Of a stretch of 59,345 nt of DNA, positions 37,084 through 46,755 are shown piece by piece. A model generated the notes under the pieces. The model was given only the letters and a program-made list of their open reading frames with translations, did not search any database and was not told the origin of the DNA. Both the position numbers and the translations under genes were made by a program. This DNA is from Verrucomicrobiia bacterium (GTDB lineage: Bacteria > Verrucomicrobiota > Verrucomicrobiia > Verrucomicrobiales > DEV007). Within the stretch, counting starts at the first letter, position 1, and each line of letters starts with the position of its first letter. The DNA is taken from assembly GCA_030430255.1 (NCBI GenBank), contig JAUIGD010000001.1, forward strand, positions 1 through 59,345. Reading direction: 5' to 3'.

Positions 37084-40000
37084 GTGGCCACCGCGGATTC
37101 CCGCACCCCCGCCCGCCCCTGGCAGATCTCCGTCGATACCGGCGGCACGTTCACCGACGCCTTCGGCATCGCCCCGGATGGGGCACGGTCGCAGGTCAAG
37201 GTCCTCTCCTCAGGCAAGCTCCGCGCCGCGGTCGTCGGCGCCGACGGGAAGAGCGTCACCATCGACCGCGATTTCGGCGCCCCGGAGAATCTGTTCTCCG
37301 GCTTTCAGCTATCGACCGCCCACCCCAGCGGGTCCCCACCCTATACGGTCACCGCATGGGATCCGGCCCCGAGGGAACTGCTGCTCGACCGCGAGTTCCG
37401 CGCCACCGCCGGCGCGGCGGTCGACCTCTCCACCGGCGAGGAAGTCCCGGTCATCGCCGCCCGCCTGCTCACCGGCACGCCGCCCGGCAGGCCTTTCCCG
37501 GACATCGCCGTCCGGCTGGCCACCACCCGTGCCACCAACGCATTGTTAGAGGGCAAGGGCACGCCACCGCTGCTCCTGCTGCCCGAAGGCCTCGGCGACC
37601 TGCTGGAGATCGGCGACCAGCGCCGGCCCGCCCTCTTCGCGCTGCGCCACGAGAAACGCCGGCTGCCGCTCGCAGCCACGGTTGAAGTCCCCGGCCGGCT
37701 CGATCGCGACGGCATCGAAGTGGAGCCTCCGGAGCCGGCAGAGCTCGCGGCGCGGCTCCGCGAACTGGATCTGCCGCCCGCGACCACACCCGCAGCGGTC
37801 GCCCTTCTGCACAGCTACCGGAACCCCTCCCACGAGGAAGCCGCGGCGGCGGCGCTGCGGGCGGCCGGCTTCCGAACAATCTCCATCTCCGCCCAGCTTT
37901 CCGACGCGCCCCGACTCCTGCCTCGCGCCGAGACGGCCGCCGCAGACGCCTACCTCTCGCCCGTGATGACACGCTTCAGCGAGGGGGTCCGCGCCGCGAT
38001 CGGCAGCGGGACGCTGTCCATGATGACCAGCTCGGGTGGCCTCTCGCCCGCGGCGGAGTTCCGCCCCAAAGACTCCCTGCTCAGCGGCCCCGCAGGCGGC
38101 CTGGTCGGCGCGCTCGCCGCCGCCGAGGCCGCCGGGATCGACGCCGACCTGATCACCTTCGACATGGGCGGCACCAGCACCGATGTGGCGCGGACCGGCG
38201 GCGGCAGACTCCCCTACCGCTTCGAGGGCAAGGTCGGCGCCGCCACCGTGCTCGCCCCCTCCCTGCGCATCGAGACCGTCGCCGCTGGCGGCGGCTCCAT
38301 CTGCTCTCTGAAGGCGGAGGGGCTGAGCGTCGGGCCCGAGAGCGCCGGCGCAGACCCCGGGCCTGCCTGCTACGGGCGCGGCGGCCCCCTCACCGTGACC
38401 GATGTCAACCTGCTGCTCGGCCGCATCGACCCCGACCGGGCCGGCTTGCCCCTCGACCCGGACGCCTCCCGACGACAGCTCGACGCGCTCGCCGGATCCA
38501 TGCGCGCCGCGGGCATCGAGGTCCCACCGGACGACGCGCTGCTGCATGGCCTGTTGCAGATCGCGGTCGAACGGATGGCGGAGGCGATCCGGACGATCTC
38601 CGTCCGCGAGGGCTACGACCCCGCCGAACACGTCCTCGTCGCCTTCGGCGGCGCAGGTCCGGGTCACGCATGCGCTGTCGCCGAAGCGCTGGGCATGCGC
38701 CAGATCCTGGTGCCCGGCGAAGCCGGTCTCCTGAGCGCTGCCGGCGTGGCCGCCGCCTGCCCCGAGCGCTTCGCCTCGCTCACCGTCCTCCGCCCCTTGG
38801 CGGCTGAACTCCCGAGGCTGCCCGACCGCCTGCGGGAACTGGAGGCCGCCGCCCTCCGCCAACTCGGTGCCGGCGGCGGGGTCGCCCGCCGCATCGCCGA
38901 ACTCCGCATCGCCGGCCAGGAGTCGACCCTCGAGTTCGAGGTCGGCGCCCCCGGCGACCTTCCACAGCAGTTCGCAACGCGCTTCAGGGAACTGTTCGGC
39001 TACCCGCCACCGGCGCGGAAGGAAGTCGAGCTCGTCGCCCTCCGCGTCTCCGCCCGCGCCCCGCGGGACGCCCCGGCCGCCCTCCGTTTCGGCCCTCCGG
39101 AGCCCCCTCCCAGCCGCCACCGGGTCGAGGCCGCGCCCTTCGCCACCCTCGTCATCGCCCCGGGGTGGTCGGCGTGCCGATCGGAAGATGGCAGCATTTG
39201 GTTAGAACAGGTGGCGGACGCCGCGGGATCTGCATCCCTGCCCGAGGGCCGGGAACGCGCCGCCAGCCCGCTCGCGCTCGACCTCGCCCGCGGGCGCCTC
39301 GGCGCCATCGTCGATGACATGGGCGCGCTGCTCAAACGCTGCGCCCTCTCCACCAACATCCGCGAACGCGAGGACTACTCCTGCGCCGTCCTCGACGCCG
39401 ACGGCCGACTGGCGATCAACGCGCCGCACATCCCGGTCCACCTCGGCGCCCTCGGCCTCTGCGTCCGGCGGGTCGCCGGCGAGCTCCCGCTCGGCCCCGG
39501 CGACATCGCCATCACCAACCACCCCGGATTCGGCGGCTCGCACCTCCCCGATATCACCGTCGTCGCCGCCGCCTTCGACCGCGACGGCCGCCGGGTCGCC
39601 TACCTCGCCAACCGCGCCCACCACGCCGAGATCGGCGGCATCGCCCCCGGCTCCATGCCGCCGTCGGCGCGCTCGCTGGCGCAGGAGGGGGCGGTCATCC
39701 GCCCGGCGTACCTCTACCGGAACGGCGTCGCCGCCTTCGAGACCATCTCCGCCCTCCTCTCCACCGGGTCCCACCCGACCCGCAACCTCGACGACAACCT
39801 CGCCGACCTCGGCGCCCAAGCTGCCGCCCTCCGCGGCGCCGTCCGCGCCGTCGAGGCCATCGACGGAGACCTCGTCCGGGCATCCCTCGCCCGGCTCCTG
39901 GCGCGCTCCGCCGAGCTCACCGCACGCCGCATCGGAGCGCTGCCGTTCACCGCCCGACACGCGGTCGAATCCCTCGACAGCGGCGCCCAACTGCACGTGA

Positions 40001-40785
40001 CCTTGCGCCGCGACCGCCGCTCGCTGTCGGTCGATTTCACCGGCACATCACCGACGCTCGGCGACAACCTCAACGCCACCCCCGCCATCGTCCGCAGCAC
40101 CGTCCTCTATGTCCTGCGCCTGCTCCTCGACGACGACCTGCCCCTCAACGAGGGCCTGCTGCACCCGGTCGAGATCACCCTCCCCGAATGCCTGCTCAAC
40201 CCCAGTTTCGGCGATGATCCCGAGAGCTGCCCGCCGGTCGTCGGCGGCAACGTCGAGACCAGCCAGCGCCTCGCCGACGTGCTGATCAAGGCGCTGGAAC
40301 TCCAAGCCGGTTCCCAGGGGACGATGAACAACTTCCTGTTCGGTGACGCGACCTTCGGTTACTACGAGACGGTCTGCGGGGGCGCCGGCGCCGGCCCGGG
40401 CTACGCTGGCGCCAGCGCCCTCCACACCCACATGACCAACACCGCGATCACCGACCCGGAGGTGCTCGAGTGGCGCTACCCCGTGCGGTTGCGCCGTTTC
40501 TCAGTGCGGCGTGGCTCCGGAGGCGAAGGGCGCTACCGCGGCGGAGACGGGGTCGTCCGCGAGTTCGAACTGCTCGCCCCGCTCACGGTTTCCATTCTCG
40601 CCGAACACCGCCGCGAGCGCCCGTTCGGGCTCGCAGGCGGCGCGCCGGGAGCGACCGGGGAGCAAAGCTGGACCGCCCCCGACGGGACCGTTCATCCCCT
40701 CCCGGCACGCTTTTCAGGGGAGCTCCCAAAGGGCGCCAAGGTGCGGTTGGAGACCCCGGGCGGCGGCGGCTACGGCCCAGGCTGA
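37084..40785 (+). CDS. fused hydantoinase A/B family protein (5-oxoprolinase-like, 1233 aa)
   Basis: N-terminus WQISVDTGGTFTD (HyuA) and C-terminal HyuB-like region (ITNHPGFGGSHLPD, ...RYRGGDGVVRE). GTG start 6 nt after the upstream stop. Confidence 0.85.
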   Translation: MATADSRTPARPWQISVDTGGTFTDAFGIAPDGARSQVKVLSSGKLRAAVVGADGKSVTIDRDFGAPENLFSGFQLSTAHPSGSPPYTVTAWDPAPRELLLDREFRATAGAAVDLSTGEEVPVIAARLLTGTPPGRPFPDIAVRLATTRATNALLEGKGTPPLLLLPEGLGDLLEIGDQRRPALFALRHEKRRLPLAATVEVPGRLDRDGIEVEPPEPAELAARLRELDLPPATTPAAVALLHSYRNPSHEEAAAAALRAAGFRTISISAQLSDAPRLLPRAETAAADAYLSPVMTRFSEGVRAAIGSGTLSMMTSSGGLSPAAEFRPKDSLLSGPAGGLVGALAAAEAAGIDADLITFDMGGTSTDVARTGGGRLPYRFEGKVGAATVLAPSLRIETVAAGGGSICSLKAEGLSVGPESAGADPGPACYGRGGPLTVTDVNLLLGRIDPDRAGLPLDPDASRRQLDALAGSMRAAGIEVPPDDALLHGLLQIAVERMAEAIRTISVREGYDPAEHVLVAFGGAGPGHACAVAEALGMRQILVPGEAGLLSAAGVAAACPERFASLTVLRPLAAELPRLPDRLRELEAAALRQLGAGGGVARRIAELRIAGQESTLEFEVGAPGDLPQQFATRFRELFGYPPPARKEVELVALRVSARAPRDAPAALRFGPPEPPPSRHRVEAAPFATLVIAPGWSACRSEDGSIWLEQVADAAGSASLPEGRERAASPLALDLARGRLGAIVDDMGALLKRCALSTNIREREDYSCAVLDADGRLAINAPHIPVHLGALGLCVRRVAGELPLGPGDIAITNHPGFGGSHLPDITVVAAAFDRDGRRVAYLANRAHHAEIGGIAPGSMPPSARSLAQEGAVIRPAYLYRNGVAAFETISALLSTGSHPTRNLDDNLADLGAQAAALRGAVRAVEAIDGDLVRASLARLLARSAELTARRIGALPFTARHAVESLDSGAQLHVTLRRDRRSLSVDFTGTSPTLGDNLNATPAIVRSTVLYVLRLLLDDDLPLNEGLLHPVEITLPECLLNPSFGDDPESCPPVVGGNVETSQRLADVLIKALELQAGSQGTMNNFLFGDATFGYYETVCGGAGAGPGYAGASALHTHMTNTAITDPEVLEWRYPVRLRRFSVRRGSGGEGRYRGGDGVVREFELLAPLTVSILAEHRRERPFGLAGGAPGATGEQSWTAPDGTVHPLPARFSGELPKGAKVRLETPGGGGYGPG

Positions 40786-40815
40786 GAGCCGGGGCGGAGC
40801 GAGAACGAACGCCGC

Positions 40816-40841
40816 CGGAGGGCGGGGCTCCGTCTCCGCCG
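40816..40841. repeat. GC-rich REP-like palindromic unit
   Basis: cggagggcggggctccgtctccgccg lies in the convergent intergenic region. Confidence 0.6.
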
Positions 40842-40935
40842 CGACTGGCCATTTGGAGAGGGCAAGCAACGCGTGGTGGAGCGCCGGCGGGACCCCGCGT
40901 TCCGCAGCCGAGGGATTCCTCCTCGGCAGGCGAGC

Positions 40936-42267
40936 TTACCGCGCCTTCCACAGCTTCCAGCACTCGAGGAAACCGGTCGCGAAGTCGCCGGGGCGACCGG
41001 CGACCCACTTGTCGATCACCTCTTCCGAAAAGAACTCCCCGGTCTCGATCTCGCTGGCCGGCCAGCGGAACGGCCCGCGGTGTTCGGCCCGGTAGAGGCG
41101 GACAAACTCCCACCCCGTCCCCTCGCAGGGCGCGATCCTGCCCACTTCCTCCACCGCCGCCTCCACGCCGAGCTCCTCGCCCAGCTCCCGCTCGGCGCAG
41201 GTCGCGTAAGCCTCACCGGCATCGAGGTGCCCGGCCGCGCTGGAGTCCCACCGCCCCGGCGCCGTGTCTTTGAGCCGCGACCGCTTCTGCAAGAATACCT
41301 CCCCGCGGCGGTTCAGGACAAAGAGGTGGACGGCGCGATGCTTGAGTTTCCCGGCGTGGACCTCGGCGCGGGTCGCCTGGCCGACCACCTCGTCGCGGTC
41401 GTCGACCACATCGAAGATCTCCTCGGCGCGCTGCGGCAGGTCCTTGAGCGGATGGGGGTCGACCGCGCGCGCGAGCGCCATCCAGTCGGCCAATGATAGC
41501 TCCTCGGCACGGGCCGTGGGCGATAGCGCAAGCTCCTCACACAAGTCCCCCCAACCCCGCCCCTCCAGGGGCAGGCGGCGCCCCATCTGCTTGCGGCGCT
41601 CGCCGAACCCGACCCGCACCAAGCGGTCGAAGGTCCTCCAATCGAACGGCGCGACACCCCCGGCATCACGGCGCCTCAACCGCACCACGGACGAGTCGAC
41701 CTTCGGCCGCGGGTGGAAGGGCTCGGGGGGCAGCGTACGCACCATCTCGACGTCCCACCACGCCCCGACGCGCAGGGTCAGCGGCCCGTAGCTCTTCGAC
41801 CGCGGCCGCGCCAACAAGCGCTCGGCGACCTCGCGCTGCAACATCAACACCGCCTCCGCGACCGGCGTCGGCGGGTCGAGGAACCGCTTCATGATCGCCC
41901 CGCCGCTCGAGTAGGGAAGGTTGCCGATGAACTTGACCGGCCCCTCGGCGTACAGCGGGCGCAGGTCGTGGCGCGCCGCGTCGGCGTGGACGACCTCGAC
42001 CCCGCCCTCGCCGGCGAACCGCTCGCGCAGATAGCCGGCCAACTTCTGATCGAACTCCACCAACACGAGCTTGCGGACGTTGCCCGCAAGGTGCTCGCTC
42101 AGGGCTCCGGTGCCCGGCCCGACCTCCACCACCACATCGTCGGGGCCGGCGCCGAGGTCGGCGACGATCGCGGCGGCGGCGGCCGGATCGGTGAGGAAAT
42201 TCTGCCCAAGCGCCTTGTTCGGCTGCACGCCGAGGCGCTCGAGCAACGCTTTGAGCCCAGCTGACAT
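40936..42267 (-). CDS. rsmA: 16S rRNA (adenine1518/1519-N6)-dimethyltransferase RsmA fused to a C-terminal Nudix hydrolase domain
   Basis: RsmA motifs: LGQNFL, VVEVGPGTGALS, FIGNLPY. Nudix box: GHLDAGEAYATCAERELGEELGV. The Nudix part is preceded by a KRSRLKDTAPGRWDSSAAGH YfcD/IDI-like segment that lacks the IDI Cys. Confidence 0.85.
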   Translation of the reverse strand: MSAGLKALLERLGVQPNKALGQNFLTDPAAAAAIVADLGAGPDDVVVEVGPGTGALSEHLAGNVRKLVLVEFDQKLAGYLRERFAGEGGVEVVHADAARHDLRPLYAEGPVKFIGNLPYSSGGAIMKRFLDPPTPVAEAVLMLQREVAERLLARPRSKSYGPLTLRVGAWWDVEMVRTLPPEPFHPRPKVDSSVVRLRRRDAGGVAPFDWRTFDRLVRVGFGERRKQMGRRLPLEGRGWGDLCEELALSPTARAEELSLADWMALARAVDPHPLKDLPQRAEEIFDVVDDRDEVVGQATRAEVHAGKLKHRAVHLFVLNRRGEVFLQKRSRLKDTAPGRWDSSAAGHLDAGEAYATCAERELGEELGVEAAVEEVGRIAPCEGTGWEFVRLYRAEHRGPFRWPASEIETGEFFSEEVIDKWVAGRPGDFATGFLECWKLWKAR

Positions 42268-42367
42268 CGGCGCACCCTTCGCGCCTCCGGCGGCACCGAT
42301 CAAGCCGCTGCGACCGCGCTCGATTCACGGCGCGGGGGCGCCCGGCTTGCGCTACAGTGGCGCGCTG

Positions 42368-42946
42368 ATGACGCTCGCGACGAAGATCACCGTGTTCCGG
42401 CTGGCGATGGTCCCGGTCTTCGTCGCCGCCTGCCTGCGCTATGCCGCGACGGTTTCGGCAGGGGCCCCGGTCCCGTTCTGGCGCTGGTTCGCCGTCGTCG
42501 CCTTCGCCTCCGCGGCACTCAGCGACGCCCTCGATGGCTACATCGCACGCCGCTACCACCAGCGCAGCCGCCTCGGCACCTTCCTCGATCCCATCGCCGA
42601 CAAGGCGCTCATGCTGTCGGCCCTGCTGGCCCTCAGCTTCGCCGACTGGGGCGTGAACCTGCCGCTCTGGTACGCGGCGCTGGTGATCGCCCGCGACCTG
42701 ATCCAGGTCTCCGGCGCCATCGCCGTCGGCCGCATCGCCGGCGACATCCGCGTCGTCCCCCACTGGACCGGCAAGCTCGCCACCGGCCTACAGATCCTCG
42801 CCATCAGCGCCGCCCTCCTCATGTTCCCCGCCGCGGCGGTGGGCGGCGCCGCGGCGGCCGCCGCGATCTTCACCACCTGGTCGGCCGTGCTCTACATCGG
42901 CGCCGGTCTCACCCAGCTGCCGGAACCGCTGCCCGCCGAGCCCTGA
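42368..42946 (+). CDS. pgsA: CDP-diacylglycerol--glycerol-3-phosphate 3-phosphatidyltransferase
   Basis: CDP-alcohol phosphatidyltransferase motif DALDGYIARRYHQRSRLGTFLDPIADK. ORF trimmed to ATG 42368. Confidence 0.85.
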   Translation: MTLATKITVFRLAMVPVFVAACLRYAATVSAGAPVPFWRWFAVVAFASAALSDALDGYIARRYHQRSRLGTFLDPIADKALMLSALLALSFADWGVNLPLWYAALVIARDLIQVSGAIAVGRIAGDIRVVPHWTGKLATGLQILAISAALLMFPAAAVGGAAAAAAIFTTWSAVLYIGAGLTQLPEPLPAEP

Positions 42947-43040
42947 GCGATCTTCCCCTTGATCTCGGCGGCGCACGCCGCTTGATACCGGCTCCCCACC
43001 GACGCCCCCCCTCGCCCCGCATCCACAACCCGCCCCGACT

Positions 43041-44426
43041 TTGCCCGCCCGCCTCCACAACCGCACCGTCGCCATCGTCGGCCGCCCGAACGTCGGCAAG
43101 TCCGCCCTCTTCAACGCGCTCGCCGGACGACGGATCTCCATCGTACACGACCAACCCGGGGTCACCCGCGACCGCATCACCGCCGAGTGCAAGCTCGCCG
43201 GCGCCCCCTTCACCATCATCGACACCGGCGGCATCGGCGCCAACCCCGACGACACCTTCGGCTCGGCGATCGAACAGGAGGCCGACATCGCCGTCACCGC
43301 CGCCGAGCTGATCCTCTTCGTCGTCGACGCCCACGAGGGCCTCACCCCCGTCGACCGCGAACTGGCCTCCTACCTCCGCCGCGCCGACAAAGACGTTTGG
43401 CTGGTCGTCAACAAGGTGGACGAGGACAAACACCGCGCCCTCGCCGACGAGTTCGCCGAGCTCGGATTCGGTGACTTGCTCGCCGTCAGCGCGGCGCACA
43501 AACGCGGCATCGGCGACTTGGCGAAAACCGTCGCCGACGCCCTGCCGGAACCCGGGGGCGACGCCGACGCGGCCGAACTCCTCAAACGGCCGATCCGCAT
43601 CGCCCTCGTCGGCCGCCCGAACGTCGGCAAGTCGTCGCTCGTCAACGCCCTCCTCGAAGACGAGCGCACCATCGTCAGCGACGTCGCCGGCACCACGCGC
43701 GACGCCGTCGATGTGCCCTTCTCCCACGGCGGCCTGGACTACGTCTTCATCGACACCGCCGGCCTGCGCTCGCGCAACAAGCAAGACACCTCGGTCGAGA
43801 TCTTCAGCGGCATGCGATCCAAAGCGGGCATCCGCCGCGCCGACCTCTGCGCCCTGGTCATCGACGCCTCCCAAGGGCCGACGGGGCAGGACCGCAAGAT
43901 CGCCGGCATGATCGCCGACGCGGGCAAACCCTGCCTCGTCATCGTCAACAAGTTCGACCTCTACCACCCGGACGCCCCGAAGTCGGAGCGGCTCGCCGCC
44001 GTCGCCGAGGAGGTCGCCGACGGCCTGTTCTTCATCCCCTACGCCCCGGTCGTCGCCGCCTCCGCGAAGACCGGCGAATCGGTCCGCCGCCTGTTCTTCG
44101 CCGTCGAGCAGATCCGCAAGGCCTCGTGGGACGGGCTCGGCACCGGCGCGCTCAACCGCCTGCTGCAGGAGGCCCTCGTCCGCAACCCGCCACCGGCGGG
44201 CAAGGGCGGCCGCCGCTTCAAGCTCCTCTACGCGACCATGGCGCAAGTGCCCGACCCCGACCGCCCCGTCCCCGTCGCCGACTTCATCCTCTTCTGCAAC
44301 AAGGCCTCGCTGCTGCCGCAGTCGTACGAGCGCTACCTCGAAGCCCGCATCCGCGCCGCATGCCCCTACACCGGCATCCCCGTCCGCTTCGTGTTCCGCG
44401 AACGCGCGCCGAAGAAGAAGGGCTGA
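43041..44426 (+). CDS. der: ribosome biogenesis GTPase Der (EngA)
   Basis: Two G domains (GRPNVGKS twice, DTGG/DTAG, NKVD/NKFD) and a KH-like C-terminus. TTG start. Confidence 0.92.
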   Translation: MPARLHNRTVAIVGRPNVGKSALFNALAGRRISIVHDQPGVTRDRITAECKLAGAPFTIIDTGGIGANPDDTFGSAIEQEADIAVTAAELILFVVDAHEGLTPVDRELASYLRRADKDVWLVVNKVDEDKHRALADEFAELGFGDLLAVSAAHKRGIGDLAKTVADALPEPGGDADAAELLKRPIRIALVGRPNVGKSSLVNALLEDERTIVSDVAGTTRDAVDVPFSHGGLDYVFIDTAGLRSRNKQDTSVEIFSGMRSKAGIRRADLCALVIDASQGPTGQDRKIAGMIADAGKPCLVIVNKFDLYHPDAPKSERLAAVAEEVADGLFFIPYAPVVAASAKTGESVRRLFFAVEQIRKASWDGLGTGALNRLLQEALVRNPPPAGKGGRRFKLLYATMAQVPDPDRPVPVADFILFCNKASLLPQSYERYLEARIRAACPYTGIPVRFVFRERAPKKKG

Positions 44427-44520
44427 GGCCGCCCCTAGCCCACTGTCGCGGGTTCATCCGCCGCAGGGCCGGGAGCGCCCCCCCGCGGCCCGCCCTGCCG
44501 AACCGGGGCCGATAATCTCG

Positions 44521-44530
44521 CGTTCAGCTT
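44521..44530 (+). promoter_or_regulatory. half-site CGTTCAGCTT matching the 3-prime half of the 20-mer box
   Basis: Exact 10-mer shared with 46715..46724 and 49921..49930. It lies 33 nt upstream of the response-regulator ATG. Confidence 0.25.
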
Positions 44531-44562
44531 GTTGCGGGTTCGATGGATTCCCCCCCCCGACC

Positions 44563-45240
44563 ATGCGCATCCTCCTCATCGAAGACTACGGCCCGCTGCG
44601 GCTCTCGGTCGCCCAGACCTTGCGCGAAGAGAACTTCGCCGTCGATGACACCGCCGACGGCGAGGAGGGGCTTTGGCTGGCCGAGACGAACGCGTACGCG
44701 CTTTTGGTCCTCGACCTGACGCTGCCGAAGATCGACGGCATGGAGATCCTTCGGCGGCGGCGCGCGGCTGGGGACAAGACCCCCGTGTTGGTAATGACCT
44801 CGCGAGACGCCGTCCCGGACCGGGTCGAGGGCCTCCGCACCGGCGCCGACGACTACCTCGTGAAGCCGTTCGCCATCGAGGAGTTCGTCGCCCGTGTCCA
44901 CGCCTTGGTGCGCCGCTCCCACAAGCGCGCCGCACCGCTGATCCGGGTGGGCGAGGTCGAGGTGGACACCTCGTCCCGCTGCGCGCGGCTCGGCGGCGAG
45001 CCGATGGACCTCACCGCCAAAGAGTTCGCGCTGCTGGAGATGCTGGCACAGCGGCCGGGCCGGGTGTTCAGCCGCGAGCAGCTCACCGAGGGCCTCTACG
45101 ATTTCGCGCACGAGGTCGAGAGCAACGTGCTGGAGGTGTTCGTGGCGCGGCTGCGCAAAAAGACCGAGGCTGGGGGGCGCCCGCGCCTGATCCACACCCG
45201 CCGCGGGGAGGGCTACCTGATGAAACCGCCGAACAGCTAG
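44563..45240 (+). CDS. OmpR/PhoB-family response regulator
   Basis: REC domain (MRILLIEDY...LVLDLTLPKIDG...KPF) plus a winged-helix trans_reg_C domain (LTAKEFALLEML...IHTRRGEGY). Confidence 0.92.
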   Translation: MRILLIEDYGPLRLSVAQTLREENFAVDDTADGEEGLWLAETNAYALLVLDLTLPKIDGMEILRRRRAAGDKTPVLVMTSRDAVPDRVEGLRTGADDYLVKPFAIEEFVARVHALVRRSHKRAAPLIRVGEVEVDTSSRCARLGGEPMDLTAKEFALLEMLAQRPGRVFSREQLTEGLYDFAHEVESNVLEVFVARLRKKTEAGGRPRLIHTRRGEGYLMKPPNS

Positions 45241-45244
45241 CAAC

Positions 45245-46744
45245 TTGCTGGATGCAAAACCGCACCGCCACACGCTGCGCCGCCGCATCACCGCGACGGT
45301 CTGCCTCTGCGTGCTGGCGCTGGCGCTGGCCTCCGGCGCGCTGGGCTACGCGGTGTTCCGCTGGCACCTCTACGACGAACTCGACCACGCCCTGACGGAC
45401 AAGCTCCGCTTCTTCGAGGGCGCCTGTGTGCGCAAGGCGGACGGCCGCACCGCGCTGGTGATGCCGGAGACGGTCTGGGACAGCATCAACGACCGCGCCG
45501 ACCCGGAGTATTTCGTCTACCGGCTGCCCTCGGGGCGGACGTTCTACCGCTCGCGCAGCCTCGAAGGCGCGGATCTGCCAGCACTGGGCATGGGCGGCCC
45601 GGCGCCGGCCTTCGCCGATGTCGAACTCCCCGGCGGTGAACGCGGGCGCTGCGTGGGCACGATGTTCACCGTCCCCGCCGCCGACGGCGCGCCGCCGTCG
45701 GGCGCGCAGATGCACCTGGTCGTCGCCCACCCGCAGGAGCACGTGCGTGCAGCACTCGGACAGTACCTGCGCCTCGCTGCGCTGGCGATCGGCTCGGCGA
45801 CGGCGCTGCTGATGCTGGCCGCGGCTTGGGCAGTACGGCGCAACCTGCACCCGCTCGACGAACTGACCCGGCAGATCGACGCCACGGGGGTGGGTGGCCC
45901 CGGCGGGCGACGCTTCGACCTGCCCGGCGCCCCGGGTGAACTGGCACCGGTCGTGGGGCGCCTCAACCTCCTCATGGACCGGGTCGATGCCGCGATGCGG
46001 CGCGAACGCGAGTTCACCTCCGACGCCGCCCACGAGCTCCGCAACCCGGTCGCCGCGATCCGCACCCAGCTGGAGCTCGCCCTGCGTCGCGAACGTTCGC
46101 CCGAAGACTACCGCGCGACGATCCGTTCCGTCCTGGAGGTCGACGTCCAACTCGGTCACCTGGTCGACAGATTGTTGCTTCTCGCGCGGCTCGAATCCGG
46201 CGAGGCAGCCGGCGGGACGGAACGCGAGGAGGTCGACCTCGAAGCGATGGCGCGCGCGTGCTGGGCAGAAGTCGCGCCGGCGGCGGAGGCGCGAGGCCTT
46301 CGTTGGCGCATCGATGTCGCACCGGGGTCCCGGCGCATCGTCTCGGCACCCGCGCTGCTCCAGATCGTCCTGCGCAACCTGTTCGACAACGCGGCCGAGT
46401 ACGCGCCCGGAGGCGGCGAGGTAGCGTTCTCCGCCACCCCCGATGGCGGCGGCGTCGCCCTGCGGGTCACCAACGCCGCGCCGGACCTCGACCCCGAACG
46501 TGCCGTGGGCTTGTTCCGCCGCTTCCACCGCGAGGATCCGGCGCACGACGCCCGCCCCGGCCACACCGGCATCGGCCTCAGCCTGTGCGCGAAGATCGCC
46601 GAGGTGCTCGGCGGCCGCATCGACGCCGCCGTCGAGGGCGATCGGCTGACCGTGTGCCTCCGGCTGCCGCCCCACCCACCCGGCGGAGAGAAAGGCAGGG
46701 CAGATTCAGATTCCGTTCAGCTTCCCGGCCCACGTTCTGCGTGA
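45245..46744 (+). CDS. sensor histidine kinase (2 TM, periplasmic loop, HAMP, HisKA, HATPase)
   Basis: H-box SDAAHELRNPVAAI, N-box LFDNAAEYAP and G-box GHTGIGLSL. TTG start 5 nt after the RR stop. Confidence 0.88.
   Translation: MLDAKPHRHTLRRRITATVCLCVLALALASGALGYAVFRWHLYDELDHALTDKLRFFEGACVRKADGRTALVMPETVWDSINDRADPEYFVYRLPSGRTFYRSRSLEGADLPALGMGGPAPAFADVELPGGERGRCVGTMFTVPAADGAPPSGAQMHLVVAHPQEHVRAALGQYLRLAALAIGSATALLMLAAAWAVRRNLHPLDELTRQIDATGVGGPGGRRFDLPGAPGELAPVVGRLNLLMDRVDAAMRREREFTSDAAHELRNPVAAIRTQLELALRRERSPEDYRATIRSVLEVDVQLGHLVDRLLLLARLESGEAAGGTEREEVDLEAMARACWAEVAPAAEARGLRWRIDVAPGSRRIVSAPALLQIVLRNLFDNAAEYAPGGGEVAFSATPDGGGVALRVTNAAPDLDPERAVGLFRRFHREDPAHDARPGHTGIGLSLCAKIAEVLGGRIDAAVEGDRLTVCLRLPPHPPGGEKGRADSDSVQLPGPRSA
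46705..46724 (+). promoter_or_regulatory. 20-mer direct-repeat box TTCAGATTCCGTTCAGCTTC (TTCAG-N6-TTCAG)
   Basis: 19/20 identical to 49911..49930. It lies 31 nt upstream of ATG 46756, inside the 3-prime end of the kinase gene. Confidence 0.45.
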
Positions 46745-46755
46745 TCCTCGAGGCC

